Positions 8,428 through 17,322 of a stretch of DNA of 64,000 nucleotides are shown here, in pieces. The position numbers and the translations under genes are program-made. The stretch spans positions 14,683 to 78,682 of the IMG/VR virus record IMGVR_UViG_3300037722_000889; one strand, 5' to 3'. The notes beneath the pieces were generated by a model that saw only the letters and a program-made list of their open reading frames with translations, was not told the DNA's origin and searched no databases. The DNA is from a virus. Lineage: Duplodnaviria; Caudoviricetes. Position 1 is the stretch's first letter, and each line of letters begins with the position of its first letter.

Positions 8428-8843
8428 GCTGCTTCTCCAGTATTGAAGGGCAGGGTGTGGCCGTCCCCCAGGATCTCGTTGACGAACGCCAGGGCATCGA
8501 ACCATTCCGGTTCCACGGTGTTGTCGTTGCGGGCGTCCCCGTCGGACGTGACCTCGATCAGGTCTCCCAGGCGGTGCTTGGCCACGATCAGGGCGGCACA
8601 GACTACGTGGTCGTAGGGGTAGCGGTTGGTCTTGCAGAACCCGCTGCTCTTGGTGGACTCGATAAAGAAGTCCTCGTACGCTTCGTCTCCTACCCCGTTC
8701 AGGAAGAAGTGACTCGCGCTGATGGCGAAGTCCAGCAGCATGCCGGGTTCATTGAGCACCAGCTTTTCGACGTCGAACACGAGCGCCGCCCAAACATCGC
8801 CCGGCACCTCCTGCTTCACTTCCCAATAATGTGTGTATCCCAT
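8424..8843 (-). CDS. conserved phage protein (MGYTHYW family)
   Basis: MGYTHYW...FCKTNRYPYDHVVCAALI...VTSDGD; extended SD upstream. Confidence 0.75.
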   Translation of the reverse strand: MGYTHYWEVKQEVPGDVWAALVFDVEKLVLNEPGMLLDFAISASHFFLNGVGDEAYEDFFIESTKSSGFCKTNRYPYDHVVCAALIVAKHRLGDLIEVTSDGDARNDNTVEPEWFDALAFVNEILGDGHTLPFNTGEAA

Positions 8844-8854
8844 GGTGGTTCTCC

Positions 8855-9295
8855 TCAGTTAGTTTGAAACTCTGACATGCCAGACGGCTCGTGGTGTCCT
8901 TCCAATACCAGCAGACAATAGTAATTGTCTGGGTCGCCTTCATAGTGGTGCAGCTTCGCGGCCGTGCGCTGAGCCAGCTCGACCACGGTGGCAAGGTCAA
9001 CAGTGATCACCTGGACGTAGTACGTATCCTGCCCATAGTTGTCCGCCAAGTCATCCGGCAGCAGCAGCAGGACCGAGTACTTGCCTGCTTCGCTTTCCTG
9101 CTCTACCGGGGTTACGACGTATTGCGTCGGCGCCGGCAGTTCCTCCTCTTCCTTGGGCTCGGCAGCCAGCCGGAACTGCAGTTCCAGCCCGGCATGCCGG
9201 GCCAAAACGGCCAGCTCACGTACCGTAGTGTCTTCGTCCTGCAGCGCCTCGCCCAGTGCTGCCAGTTTCATGCCGTGGTCTTGAATGCTCGTCAT
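8855..9295 (-). CDS. hypothetical protein (146 aa)
   Basis: AGGAG SD before ATG 9295; 3' end runs through the degenerate palindrome at 8872. Confidence 0.6.
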   Translation of the reverse strand: MTSIQDHGMKLAALGEALQDEDTTVRELAVLARHAGLELQFRLAAEPKEEEELPAPTQYVVTPVEQESEAGKYSVLLLLPDDLADNYGQDTYYVQVITVDLATVVELAQRTAAKLHHYEGDPDNYYCLLVLEGHHEPSGMSEFQTN

Positions 9296-9510
9296 GCTGC
9301 TTCTCCTTTTGGGAATCGAAATTTGGTCAGCCACGCTGGGCCTTTGGTGTTCCTGATCTGCTGCAGGGTGGCAGCATCCGCCGCCGATACGTGCCAGCGG
9401 TAGTGGCCGGTGTTCCAGCTTTCACGCAAGCCAGCCTTCCATTGCCGACCGTATGCTTCGGCGAACCGCTGCAGGACGGCGAGTTCTTCGGTGCTGAGAT
9501 CTTCGTTCAT
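9292..9510 (-). CDS. hypothetical protein (72 aa)
   Basis: Coupled ORF containing YGRQWK...LQQIRNTKGPAWL. Confidence 0.6.
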   Translation of the reverse strand: MNEDLSTEELAVLQRFAEAYGRQWKAGLRESWNTGHYRWHVSAADAATLQQIRNTKGPAWLTKFRFPKGEAA

Positions 9511-9983
9511 GTTTTCTCTCCCACGTCAAACCCCTGTTCTTCCAGCAGTGCCCGCACCGTGGTCAAGTACCATTCACGAGTCTCTGCCTTGGACACGACG
9601 GTGACAGGCCGCTGCCCGATACTCAGGGAATCGCGAACCCAGACCACCTGGTACTCCTCACTGTCGTGCTGGTCAGTGGTTACAAGACTGCCGATCGTGC
9701 CATTGACCAGAGACCAACTGACCTGGTCAGCCGTTTCCTGCAGTAGATGAACGTAGGCGGCTACCCAGCGATTCTTGCCGTTCAGCGTCCAATGCCCGTG
9801 TACCCCCTCTACTTTAAGGTACACGCCTTCAGGGCGGCGGCGTGGAGCGCCGGGAATGTCCACGTAGACATGGATGGACTTGAACAGGTAAGAGACCTTC
9901 TCTACTGCCGGCATGAATAACTGAGTATGCCGGATGTCTTGCCGGTAGCGGTTGTACTTGTCGACATACGCTTCACGGTTCAT
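9507..9983 (-). CDS. hypothetical protein (158 aa)
   Basis: ATGA-coupled ORF. Confidence 0.6.
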   Translation of the reverse strand: MNREAYVDKYNRYRQDIRHTQLFMPAVEKVSYLFKSIHVYVDIPGAPRRRPEGVYLKVEGVHGHWTLNGKNRWVAAYVHLLQETADQVSWSLVNGTIGSLVTTDQHDSEEYQVVWVRDSLSIGQRPVTVVSKAETREWYLTTVRALLEEQGFDVGEKT

Positions 9984-10186
9984 CGGCTCACCTCCTCGCT
10001 CAGGTATCGCAAACAGGTTTTGGCCAGGTCGAGCGCGACAGCAGGCCTGCCCAGCGCATTGGTGATGTAATCTATTACGTAGGGGATCTCGTAGACTCCC
10101 AGCTCACGCGCCTGCTGGTAGGCCTGCTTACGCTGGCCGTTGACCATGCTGGCGTAGATCTCGTCCATATCTGCACGTGTTGTCAT
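9980..10186 (-). CDS. hypothetical protein (68 aa)
   Basis: GAGGAG SD upstream. Confidence 0.6.
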   Translation of the reverse strand: MTTRADMDEIYASMVNGQRKQAYQQARELGVYEIPYVIDYITNALGRPAVALDLAKTCLRYLSEEVSR

Positions 10187-10197
10187 GCCCGTTCTCC

Positions 10198-10443
10198 TCA
10201 GTAGTTGACTCGCTTCAGGAACTCCTGGACTTCATCGGAGTCCAGCCAGTCCAGCTGTGCCTGGGTCAGGGCGGGCTCGTAGTTGTCTTCGTAGCTCGCC
10301 AATACCCCGCAATCGGTAGCCACGGCGTAACTCGCGAAGTACTTGCCGTCTCGCTCCACCCAGACCTGGTTGCCGGGCCGGTCGTCATTGGGCGCGGTAG
10401 TGAGGGTGAGGCCGTGCCTTTCCAGGCAATTCTCTTGATCCAT
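10198..10443 (-). CDS. hypothetical acidic protein (81 aa)
   Basis: GAGGAG SD before ATG 10443 (MDQENC). Confidence 0.55.
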   Translation of the reverse strand: MDQENCLERHGLTLTTAPNDDRPGNQVWVERDGKYFASYAVATDCGVLASYEDNYEPALTQAQLDWLDSDEVQEFLKRVNY

Positions 10444-10444
10444 G

Positions 10445-10858
10445 TCAGTTCTCCTCGGCCAGCACGAGTTCGTCGGGCACTTCGACCTCATCGCCGAGTT
10501 CGCTGGCGGCGTGGCAGCGCATGGCGGCTTCGAGGAGTGTTTTGCCATATTCAAATGCTCGCCATGCTATTGGGTGGCGCCCGTCCAGAATGGGCTCGTG
10601 CAGCGGATCAATGTATTTGTGGCCCCCGAGCCAGGCATAGAACAATCCGTTATGTTGATTCCAGCGCACACCTTCTCGCTCGATGATCGGGCCGCCAAAC
10701 GACCAGTTGGACGAGTATTCCGCCACTTGGTCCGGACCTATCTTGGTGATAAGCTCCCCTGCCAGAATTGTCCTACCTTCCGTCAAGCGAATGACTGCGC
10801 ATTTCGCCACCGCCCAATCAAGTGCGCGCCCTTTGAGTTCAGCGGTTTTGATTTTCAT
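10445..10858 (-). CDS. DUF2591/NinX-like phage protein
   Basis: MKIKTAELKGRALDWAVAK...YSSNWSFGGPIIERE...LEAAMRCHAASELGDEVEVPDEL. Confidence 0.8.
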   Translation of the reverse strand: MKIKTAELKGRALDWAVAKCAVIRLTEGRTILAGELITKIGPDQVAEYSSNWSFGGPIIEREGVRWNQHNGLFYAWLGGHKYIDPLHEPILDGRHPIAWRAFEYGKTLLEAAMRCHAASELGDEVEVPDELVLAEEN

Positions 10859-11066
10859 ACCAGTTCTCCTCGCCGACCAGTACGGTCGGCATCCTGCTGT
10901 TGACGAACGGGCGGGCCTCGATGTCATCAGCACACTGCAGTAGGGCGATGGCGATCTGACGCGCCTCCTGCGGGGTGAAGTAGCCCTGGTCCACGTTGGG
11001 GCTGGCCAGGATGGTCAGGGCCGCCGTGCCGCGGAACCGGTAGATCTGTGCTCGACAGTGCAGCAT
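10839..11066 (-). CDS. hypothetical protein (75 aa)
   Basis: GGAGG SD upstream. Confidence 0.5.
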   Translation of the reverse strand: MLHCRAQIYRFRGTAALTILASPNVDQGYFTPQEARQIAIALLQCADDIEARPFVNSRMPTVLVGEENWYENQNR

Positions 11067-11078
11067 GGTTTCTGCCTC

Positions 11079-11327
11079 CTATGAGTGGTACGAGAAGAGG
11101 CGAGACTCTTCCCGGTAAACGGCGCCGATGACGTACTCCCGGTCGCCCTCGGTCTGCGAGTAGTACGCGGTCAGGTCGCCGTCTCGATCTGTGATGATCT
11201 CGACGTGGCCGAACCCCTCGACACTCCAGGCTGACAGGTAGCCTACAGCCTCGAACACTGCCGACATCGGAATCTCGTGTTTCAGGCAGTGCTGGGCATA
11301 ATCAACGCGGTGGATTACGGTTCTCAT
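11079..11327 (-). CDS. hypothetical protein (82 aa)
   Basis: Coupled ORF with GGAG SD. Confidence 0.55.
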   Translation of the reverse strand: MRTVIHRVDYAQHCLKHEIPMSAVFEAVGYLSAWSVEGFGHVEIITDRDGDLTAYYSQTEGDREYVIGAVYREESRLFSYHS

Positions 11328-11506
11328 GGCTTCTCCCTCCAGGCGTAGACCTGGGGTCGGTCGTACCGTTGCTCGTGCTCGTTCACCACTTCCACGGCAT
11401 GTTTGGCGGATGCCAGGGTGAAGTGAGTTTCCAGCACGATGTCGGTTGCGGTGTTGTAGACCTCGTAATGGTCATGAGGGCTGATGGCGGGCGGGTTAGG
11501 TCTCAT
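11324..11506 (-). CDS. hypothetical protein (60 aa)
   Basis: ATGA-coupled to the RadC-like gene. Confidence 0.5.
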   Translation of the reverse strand: MRPNPPAISPHDHYEVYNTATDIVLETHFTLASAKHAVEVVNEHEQRYDRPQVYAWREKP

Positions 11507-12009
11507 ATCAGACCCCTTTCCGCGAAGCTCACGGTCTCGGTGCCGCCCACGACGATGTGATCCAGGACCCGCACGTCGATCAGGCGAGACGTATCCTGCA
11601 GCCGGCGGGTGAGGGTCTGGTCGGCCTGGCTGGGCTCCGGCACGCCAGACGGATGGTTGTGGTAGAGGATCACCGCGGCGCTGTTGTGCGCCAGCATGGA
11701 CTTGGCCACCTCACGGGGGTACCCGCTGGCCCCGTCCAAGGTGCCGCGGAACAGCTGCTCGTCCTCGATCAGCCGGTGACGGTTGTCGAGATGGAGCATG
11801 CCGAACACTTCGTGCTCCAGCAGGGCGATGTGCATGATGAGGTGGTCCTTGACCATCTGCGGCGAGGACAACGGGTCGGTGGCGCGGGCCATGCGGTTCT
11901 GCAGGATGATCTTGGCCTGCTCGATGATGAGGTTGTCCGCCACGGCAGCCGGGGCCTGTGCCGGGAACAGCTGGTACGTGGGGGATGTTTCTGACTTGAC
12001 TTTGTTCAT
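11503..12009 (-). CDS. radC: RadC-like JAB-domain protein (UPF0758)
   Basis: EHEVFGMLHLDNRHRLI...YPREVAK...AAVILYHNHPSGVPEPSQADQTLTRRL...VRVLDHIVVG, including the JAMM HxH-x10-D motif. Confidence 0.92.
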   Translation of the reverse strand: MNKVKSETSPTYQLFPAQAPAAVADNLIIEQAKIILQNRMARATDPLSSPQMVKDHLIMHIALLEHEVFGMLHLDNRHRLIEDEQLFRGTLDGASGYPREVAKSMLAHNSAAVILYHNHPSGVPEPSQADQTLTRRLQDTSRLIDVRVLDHIVVGGTETVSFAERGLI

Positions 12010-12063
12010 GGTGCTTCTCCTCAGTGAGAAGCGATCCTGACATGTCAGGATCGCGGTGGTTGG

Positions 12064-12384
12064 TTATCGGAACTGCATGCCGTCCAGGGTGTACACCCGC
12101 ATGATCGGGCCGCGGGGACTGTCCCAAAACACGGTGATCTTGTCGCCCTTCAGGTCCCAACAGCCGATGGTCACGTTATCGATGCCCTGGATGTGGGCGT
12201 ATGCCAACAGCCGGTAGGGGCTGGAATCGAAGGGGCATTTGTCTTGGGTCATGACGATGTCCCCGCCGGCCTCGCTCTTGAAGTACGCCTCGTTGAAGTC
12301 CGCGGCATACGCCTTGGGCAGGAACACGAGAGCGAGTAGGGCGAACAGCAGGGCGGCGATGGTTACGGTAAGAATGGGCTTCAT
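12064..12384 (-). CDS. exported hypothetical protein with signal peptide (106 aa)
   Basis: MKPILTVTIAALLFALLALVFLPKAYA-AD signal peptide; bounded by a P element (12031) and an X element (12410). Confidence 0.7.
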   Translation of the reverse strand: MKPILTVTIAALLFALLALVFLPKAYAADFNEAYFKSEAGGDIVMTQDKCPFDSSPYRLLAYAHIQGIDNVTIGCWDLKGDKITVFWDSPRGPIMRVYTLDGMQFR

Positions 12385-12419
12385 TGCGGATCTCCTCAGT
12401 GAGATGGTTGGTCTAGAAT

Positions 12420-12668
12420 CTATACTGCGGTTTTGAACTCGACTTCCTGTTCCAGGCGGTTGATATTGACCGTGGTGATCAGTTTCGCGCCCGGAACTCT
12501 GGGTTGGAACCCGATGATCTCGTACACCGATTTCTCGGGCAGCGGGATCTCGTACACGTACATGGTAGCGATCTCGCCCGTGTCCTTGGCGCGTTTCATC
12601 ATGGCCTTGTCACGGTCTTCGTCCGTGGCCCAGCCGCAGAAGTCGATTGCGAGGTAGTGCTTTTTCAT
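12420..12668 (-). CDS. hypothetical protein (82 aa)
   Basis: AGGAG SD before ATG 12668; stop lies inside the X element. Confidence 0.6.
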   Translation of the reverse strand: MKKHYLAIDFCGWATDEDRDKAMMKRAKDTGEIATMYVYEIPLPEKSVYEIIGFQPRVPGAKLITTVNINRLEQEVEFKTAV

Positions 12669-12687
12669 GGTGGTTCTCCTTGGTTGG

Positions 12688-13149
12688 TTAAAACTGTACG
12701 CGAGAGGATGTGGTTGCCTTCGGGCACAGGGCGGAATGACGAGGCCGGGGTGCCAGCTCCCGGATCTCGCCACTCAGCAGCCCCTCCAGGATTTCCTGAA
12801 ACTCCTGCTCCGTTACCTGCTTCCGCTTTTCCCCGCGCAGACACATCACGTCGTCATGGAACAGCTGCAGCGCGCCGAGCTGTTCAACGGTCAGGCCTGT
12901 CTCTTGCTCGATGTCCTGTGGCCCGCCCGGTAAAGACCGGGCCAGCATGACGACTGAGGCGCCCTTTATCAGGTCGTCGCGGTGCATGAGATCCAGGGTA
13001 GGCCTGGACAGCATCGCCCCGACTACGCAGCAGCGCCCTTGTTCGTCCTCGTACACGCACTCTTCAAGGCGTTCAGACCAGGCCCATAGCCTGCCCTCCT
13101 TCAGCAGGTCGAGGGCCTTCTGAATGGACTGCCTTGCTTTATCGTTCAT
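12688..13149 (-). CDS. hypothetical protein (153 aa)
   Basis: AGGAG SD before ATG 13149. Confidence 0.55.
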   Translation of the reverse strand: MNDKARQSIQKALDLLKEGRLWAWSERLEECVYEDEQGRCCVVGAMLSRPTLDLMHRDDLIKGASVVMLARSLPGGPQDIEQETGLTVEQLGALQLFHDDVMCLRGEKRKQVTEQEFQEILEGLLSGEIRELAPRPRHSALCPKATTSSRVQF

Positions 13150-13525
13150 GGCGGTTCTCCTGTTCGAACCGGTCGAAGACCGGGATGGGGGATTCATAGG
13201 GGAAGCGGCTGTCGCAGGACTCGATGTAGTGCCCGCCAAACGAGCCGCCCAGTACCGGGTTTCCGGCTTCGGTCAACGGTACGGCGCGTACCCGGCGGAT
13301 AATCGCGTCCTCCGGCCTGATCGTCGGGCGCAGTCCATGGGCTATGTTGAGGTAGCCTGGGTATTCCCGCAGGTTGTCACTTTCGATCAGGGTCAGGCCT
13401 GGGCAGCCTTCCTGGGACGTGAACACGTTGCAGTCCTTCACACGCAGCACTGCGTGTTTGCAGCCTGACGTCACGCCGCCGTTCGTACAGTCATCGCCGA
13501 TGATAAAGACGAGTAAACCTTTCAT
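13139..13525 (-). CDS. hypothetical protein (128 aa)
   Basis: Extended SD upstream; contains DCTNGGVTS and FGGHYIESCDSRF. Confidence 0.65.
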   Translation of the reverse strand: MKGLLVFIIGDDCTNGGVTSGCKHAVLRVKDCNVFTSQEGCPGLTLIESDNLREYPGYLNIAHGLRPTIRPEDAIIRRVRAVPLTEAGNPVLGGSFGGHYIESCDSRFPYESPIPVFDRFEQENRHER

Positions 13526-13579
13526 CGCATTTCTCCTCGTTGAGAGTGGCGGTCTAGAATCTAGACCGCCGTAGGTTGG

Positions 13580-14830
13580 TTACAGTGGCAGGTACCACAG
13601 GATGTCGTCGTAGTTGTCGATGTGCTTCCACCGTAAGCCCGAAGCACTGCGGACCATGGTCTTGCCGTCGCGCATCCTGTACAGCACATCCCCTGTGAGG
13701 CCGTGCGGGCAATCGCCGCCCTTCCACGGGGTCATCTGCAGCAGGCCGGGGTGGTCCAGTTCCTTGAAGCTCATGCGCCAGGTAACCTGTCCTTTGGAGT
13801 GGGCTACCTTGTACGGGTACTCTCGTGACGGGTCGTGCTCAATCAGTTCGCCTACGGCGGCCAAATCCTCGTCACTGTTCCAGAACCGGTACAGCTTGCC
13901 GATGACCGGCGCCGCCTGTTTCTTGGCCTCCGCCTCTTCCTCCTGCTTCCGGTCGTACCACTGGATCGTCTGCTCCAGCAGCTTGATCATGGGCTCGGGA
14001 TTACCATCCTTGGCGAACACCCGGAACTCAGATCCGCACGAGCGGCCTCTGGACAGCTTGATCTCGCACTCGTCGCAGTTCGAGTTGTGCACCTGACACA
14101 GGGCGCAGCTGGTTTCCCGGAACGAGAGCACGGTCTCGCCGGTCGTGATCAGGAAGCCGTCCCGTGACAGCCCGTACTCCTTCAGCACTTCTTTCCTGGC
14201 GCCCTTCCACTTGCGCAGGGAATGTTCCATGGCGGCGCGGGTGGTAATTGTCGGCGGGAACCCGGCCTTGGCTCCTGGCGAGAATGTGCTGGCCGGGACC
14301 GGGTAGAACTCCTGCAGCCAGGTATCCGGGCAAGCCTTCGGTACTTTCGGCTTGAATACGCGCCGCCAACCATAGCCTTCGTTGAAGACTTCAGGCTCGC
14401 GCTCGACCACGAGGGCGAACGCCTCGCGCTTATTGTTTTCGTCGCTGAAGAACGGGCACCATGAGCCGTCATCCGTCTTCAGCGTGATGACGGTGCCCGG
14501 CTTGAATGCGAAGTGGTTGCTTCTCAGTACCTCGATCTGGTCCCCGACTTTCAAGCCCAGCTTTTCGCGCGTAGTTTTCTCCACTGGTTTCGTATCCACG
14601 CGTTCCCAGCCATAGCCTTCGTCGTAGACTTCTTCGGTTTCTTCGGTGGAGCCTTCGACGGTGAAGTAGGTTGTTTCTCCTGATCGCTCGTTGTAGAAGC
14701 GAGGGGCGATAGACCTGTCGTCCCGGGCTAAGCGAAGGATGTCGCCGGGCTGGCAGACCTCATGGCCTTTGCGTAGAACTTTGATCTTGTCTCCGACCTT
14801 CAGGCCGAGTCTTTCACATGGCGTGGCCAT
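13580..14830 (-). CDS. modular protein: two tandem SH3/KOW-like repeats, a Cys-rich module and a C-terminal WxGGxCP phage module
   Basis: Repeats LGLKVGD(K/Q)I.VLR...DD....P.F...EV(Y/F).EGYGW.RV twice; HSLRKW...CALC...CDEC...CG; PWKGGDCP...LRWKHIDNYDDILWY. Confidence 0.7.
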   Translation of the reverse strand: MATPCERLGLKVGDKIKVLRKGHEVCQPGDILRLARDDRSIAPRFYNERSGETTYFTVEGSTEETEEVYDEGYGWERVDTKPVEKTTREKLGLKVGDQIEVLRSNHFAFKPGTVITLKTDDGSWCPFFSDENNKREAFALVVEREPEVFNEGYGWRRVFKPKVPKACPDTWLQEFYPVPASTFSPGAKAGFPPTITTRAAMEHSLRKWKGARKEVLKEYGLSRDGFLITTGETVLSFRETSCALCQVHNSNCDECEIKLSRGRSCGSEFRVFAKDGNPEPMIKLLEQTIQWYDRKQEEEAEAKKQAAPVIGKLYRFWNSDEDLAAVGELIEHDPSREYPYKVAHSKGQVTWRMSFKELDHPGLLQMTPWKGGDCPHGLTGDVLYRMRDGKTMVRSASGLRWKHIDNYDDILWYLPL

Positions 14831-15086
14831 ATTCTTTCTCCTCATTGAGTGGTTGGGTAATGATTTCTTTATTCTGCAGGACATCCTGCACGAAGTCCGC
14901 CGCAAACTGCTGACAGCAGCCCAGCATCTCCTGCACGAACTTGACCGTAGACTCCGGGCCGTTCACCTGGACGGACAGCCGGCAATAGGCTGCCAGAGAC
15001 AAGACGGCCCGGTAGGGCAGGGTGGAGTGATGCGTATGATTTCCGGTGTTGATACGGACACCGGTACCGTGGTGCAGCAGCTCCAT
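14814..15086 (-). CDS. hypothetical protein (90 aa)
   Basis: ATG immediately after the stop of the upstream basic ORF; no clear SD. Confidence 0.4.
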   Translation of the reverse strand: MELLHHGTGVRINTGNHTHHSTLPYRAVLSLAAYCRLSVQVNGPESTVKFVQEMLGCCQQFAADFVQDVLQNKEIITQPLNEEKEYGHAM

Positions 15087-15087
15087 G

Positions 15088-15252
15088 TCAGCGAACCACC
15101 AGACCGAGGGTCTTCTTGGCGATCTTCTTACGCAGCTTGTCACCGGAGCGGGTGAGGTTGTCCGGGTTATGTGCCCACGTGGTGCGCTTCATGTTGGCGG
15201 TGCCGCTGAAATGCTTGCGGGCGGAGGGCTTACGGGCTTTGCTTGCTTTCAT
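15088..15252 (-). CDS. small Lys/Arg-rich protein (54 aa)
   Basis: Own translation MKASKARKPSARKHFSGTANMKRTTWAHNPDNLTRSGDKLRKKIAKKTLGLVVR after the extended SD. Confidence 0.6.
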   Translation of the reverse strand: MKASKARKPSARKHFSGTANMKRTTWAHNPDNLTRSGDKLRKKIAKKTLGLVVR

Positions 15253-15319
15253 CTTCAGTTCTCCTCATTGAGAAAGTTGGTCTAGAATCTAGACCGGGTT
15301 GGATCCTGACATGTCAGGA

Positions 15320-15931
15320 TCAGTACGGTGCTACTATTTCACATTGCGCCAGCGGCACGGGCAGGTGTTCCGCCATGCCGTTGGTTTCCGGATCGGACCC
15401 GTAAAAGCCACAGCAGCTGTCGGTCTCCTCCTCATCCTGCTCCAGGACGAAACCGTACACGTCGCCCTGGATGAACTGGTCGTATACCTTGACCTCGCTC
15501 TTCAGGCGCTGGCTGACCTTGTCCCACAGGCTGGCGCTGATCCGCTTCTTGCCGAACTCGGCGCGCACCTTCTCCGGGGTCACGAAGATCACACCGACCT
15601 GGCCAGAGTCCCAGGGGCAGGAGAATCTCTCCGTGCTCATGGTAATACCGGAATGGTCATACAGGTACAGTGGCAGCAGGTAGATGCCACACTCTTCGGC
15701 CGTGTCGGCCAGGGTTGCGGGCCGGTCGAAGTCCCGGTAGTCGTCGCTGCGGTAATCCTCCCAGGACTCGCGGTACTTCTTGCTGCTGCGTACCGCTTCC
15801 TTCAGCTTGTCCACGCCATCCTTGTCACCGAGGTTGTAGCGGCTGTGCCAACAGGCCATGGTACCGAGGTTGTCCCAGTCACGCGGGCTCTCCGCGTCCT
15901 GGTCGGGGATGATCTTGAGTACGTTCTTCAT
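15320..15931 (-). CDS. conserved hypothetical protein of mobile elements (203 aa)
   Basis: ESPRDWDNLGTM...LYLYDHSGITMS...CPWDSGQVG...VYDQFIQGDVYG...DSCCGFYG. Confidence 0.75.
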   Translation of the reverse strand: MKNVLKIIPDQDAESPRDWDNLGTMACWHSRYNLGDKDGVDKLKEAVRSSKKYRESWEDYRSDDYRDFDRPATLADTAEECGIYLLPLYLYDHSGITMSTERFSCPWDSGQVGVIFVTPEKVRAEFGKKRISASLWDKVSQRLKSEVKVYDQFIQGDVYGFVLEQDEEETDSCCGFYGSDPETNGMAEHLPVPLAQCEIVAPY

Positions 15932-15966
15932 TCGCGTTCTCCTCATTGAGAAAGTTGGCCTAGGTT

Positions 15967-16248
15967 CTAGACCGCGGCGTAGCGGGGTACGAAGAAATTC
16001 TCCAGCTTGCCGGTCTCCCGGTTCAGGTGACGGGCGATGCCGTTGACGTCGTGCATCAGGTCGTGGTCTTCTGCGTTTGCCAGCCCGCTCAGACGCAGTG
16101 GCGTGTGCAGGTGAACGGCCGCCAGGTCCATCTGCACGCCGAGCCGGTCGACACTGTACCCGTAGTGATCAGCCGCGATCTTGCGCACTCGCGCAGTGAT
16201 GACATCTACGTGTATCCGTTCTTCTTTGGTGAATGTTGCAAATTTCAT
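15967..16248 (-). CDS. DUF6874-like phage protein
   Basis: MDLAAVH...LRLSGL...DLMHDVNGIARHLNRETGKLENFFVPRY. Confidence 0.75.
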   Translation of the reverse strand: MKFATFTKEERIHVDVITARVRKIAADHYGYSVDRLGVQMDLAAVHLHTPLRLSGLANAEDHDLMHDVNGIARHLNRETGKLENFFVPRYAAV

Positions 16249-16285
16249 GATGTTCTCCTTGGGTTGAAATCCTGACATGTCAGAG

Positions 16286-16930
16286 TTACCAGTAATCCCG
16301 TTCCACTTCCTCGCAGGTGGCATACCCGCCACCGTACCTCAGCCTGAACTCCTGGCCTACGTGCTCCGCGTGCTTGGCACGCGGGTCCACCGCTTTTGCA
16401 ATGGCCCAGAACTGCTGGTTGGCCTTGCCGATGTCTCCGAACCGGCGCTTGGCCAGGTTGTAACCGTGGCGCAGGAAGTGCAGGGAGTCCGTCCAGAACT
16501 GCGGGTCCACCTCGATGTCAGGGTCCATCCCTCTCATGCCTACGTCGATGATCGTATGGAATGCATCATCACAGTCGTGCCGGCGGGTACGCGGCACCGG
16601 CATCCGGTACGAACACCCGTTCGCGTAATACCCCGCCAAGCTGGCCGCATCCCTTGCGAGGTTCTCTTCCGCCGAGTACATGTTGCCCTGGCCATCCCGG
16701 CTCAAGTCGCTCCACTCGCCGCGCACGAACCACACGCCTCCCAGCGCCACCAGCTCGTCACCGACCGAGCCAATCGCCTTCAACCCATACTGGTGCTCCA
16801 GCAGGTCATGGGCGATCAGCAGGCCTTCCCTGGCGACCATCGGGGTTTCAATCATGCGCACGTCCTTGCACATCAGTCCCAGCTCTCCGAGACATATGTC
16901 CTCCCGCACTACCAAACTCACGCTTCTCAT
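16286..16930 (-). CDS. hypothetical protein (214 aa) between two chimeric palindromes
   Basis: Extended SD before ATG 16930; stop abuts the element at 16272; contains IAHDLLEH. Confidence 0.7.
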   Translation of the reverse strand: MRSVSLVVREDICLGELGLMCKDVRMIETPMVAREGLLIAHDLLEHQYGLKAIGSVGDELVALGGVWFVRGEWSDLSRDGQGNMYSAEENLARDAASLAGYYANGCSYRMPVPRTRRHDCDDAFHTIIDVGMRGMDPDIEVDPQFWTDSLHFLRHGYNLAKRRFGDIGKANQQFWAIAKAVDPRAKHAEHVGQEFRLRYGGGYATCEEVERDYW

Positions 16931-16977
16931 GGTTACCCTCCTCATTGAGGTATTGAAACTCTGACATGTCAGGACCG

Positions 16978-17322
16978 TTACACTTCCTGCTCCACCCACA
17001 CGTACAGGATGGACCCTACGGGCGGGCTGCCGAACAAGGCTGCCGTCTCGCTGATGATGTAGTGCCTGACGTTATACTCGGGCAAATTCACTTCCAGCGA
17101 ACCTAGCTTGTACTTAACGGTTACCTCGACCTCGATGTACTCGTCATCATCCTTCGGACGGCGACTGGATACGGTTAACCACATTGGCTTACTGCGGCGC
17201 AGGCCCGGGAACACCTCATTCAGCTGCCTTGCGCACAGCAGCCCGTCCGTGGTGAACGGGCCGCTCCGCCACCAATCAAAGAGCAGGCCTGGGATGTACT
17301 GGAGCTTCACTGTCTTTTTCAT
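16978..17322 (-). CDS. hypothetical protein, paralog of 17319-17666
   Basis: Shares LC..LN..FP.L, VSSR(R/K)P and (I/V)LYVWVEQE with its neighbour. Confidence 0.7.
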   Translation of the reverse strand: MKKTVKLQYIPGLLFDWWRSGPFTTDGLLCARQLNEVFPGLRRSKPMWLTVSSRRPKDDDEYIEVEVTVKYKLGSLEVNLPEYNVRHYIISETAALFGSPPVGSILYVWVEQEV

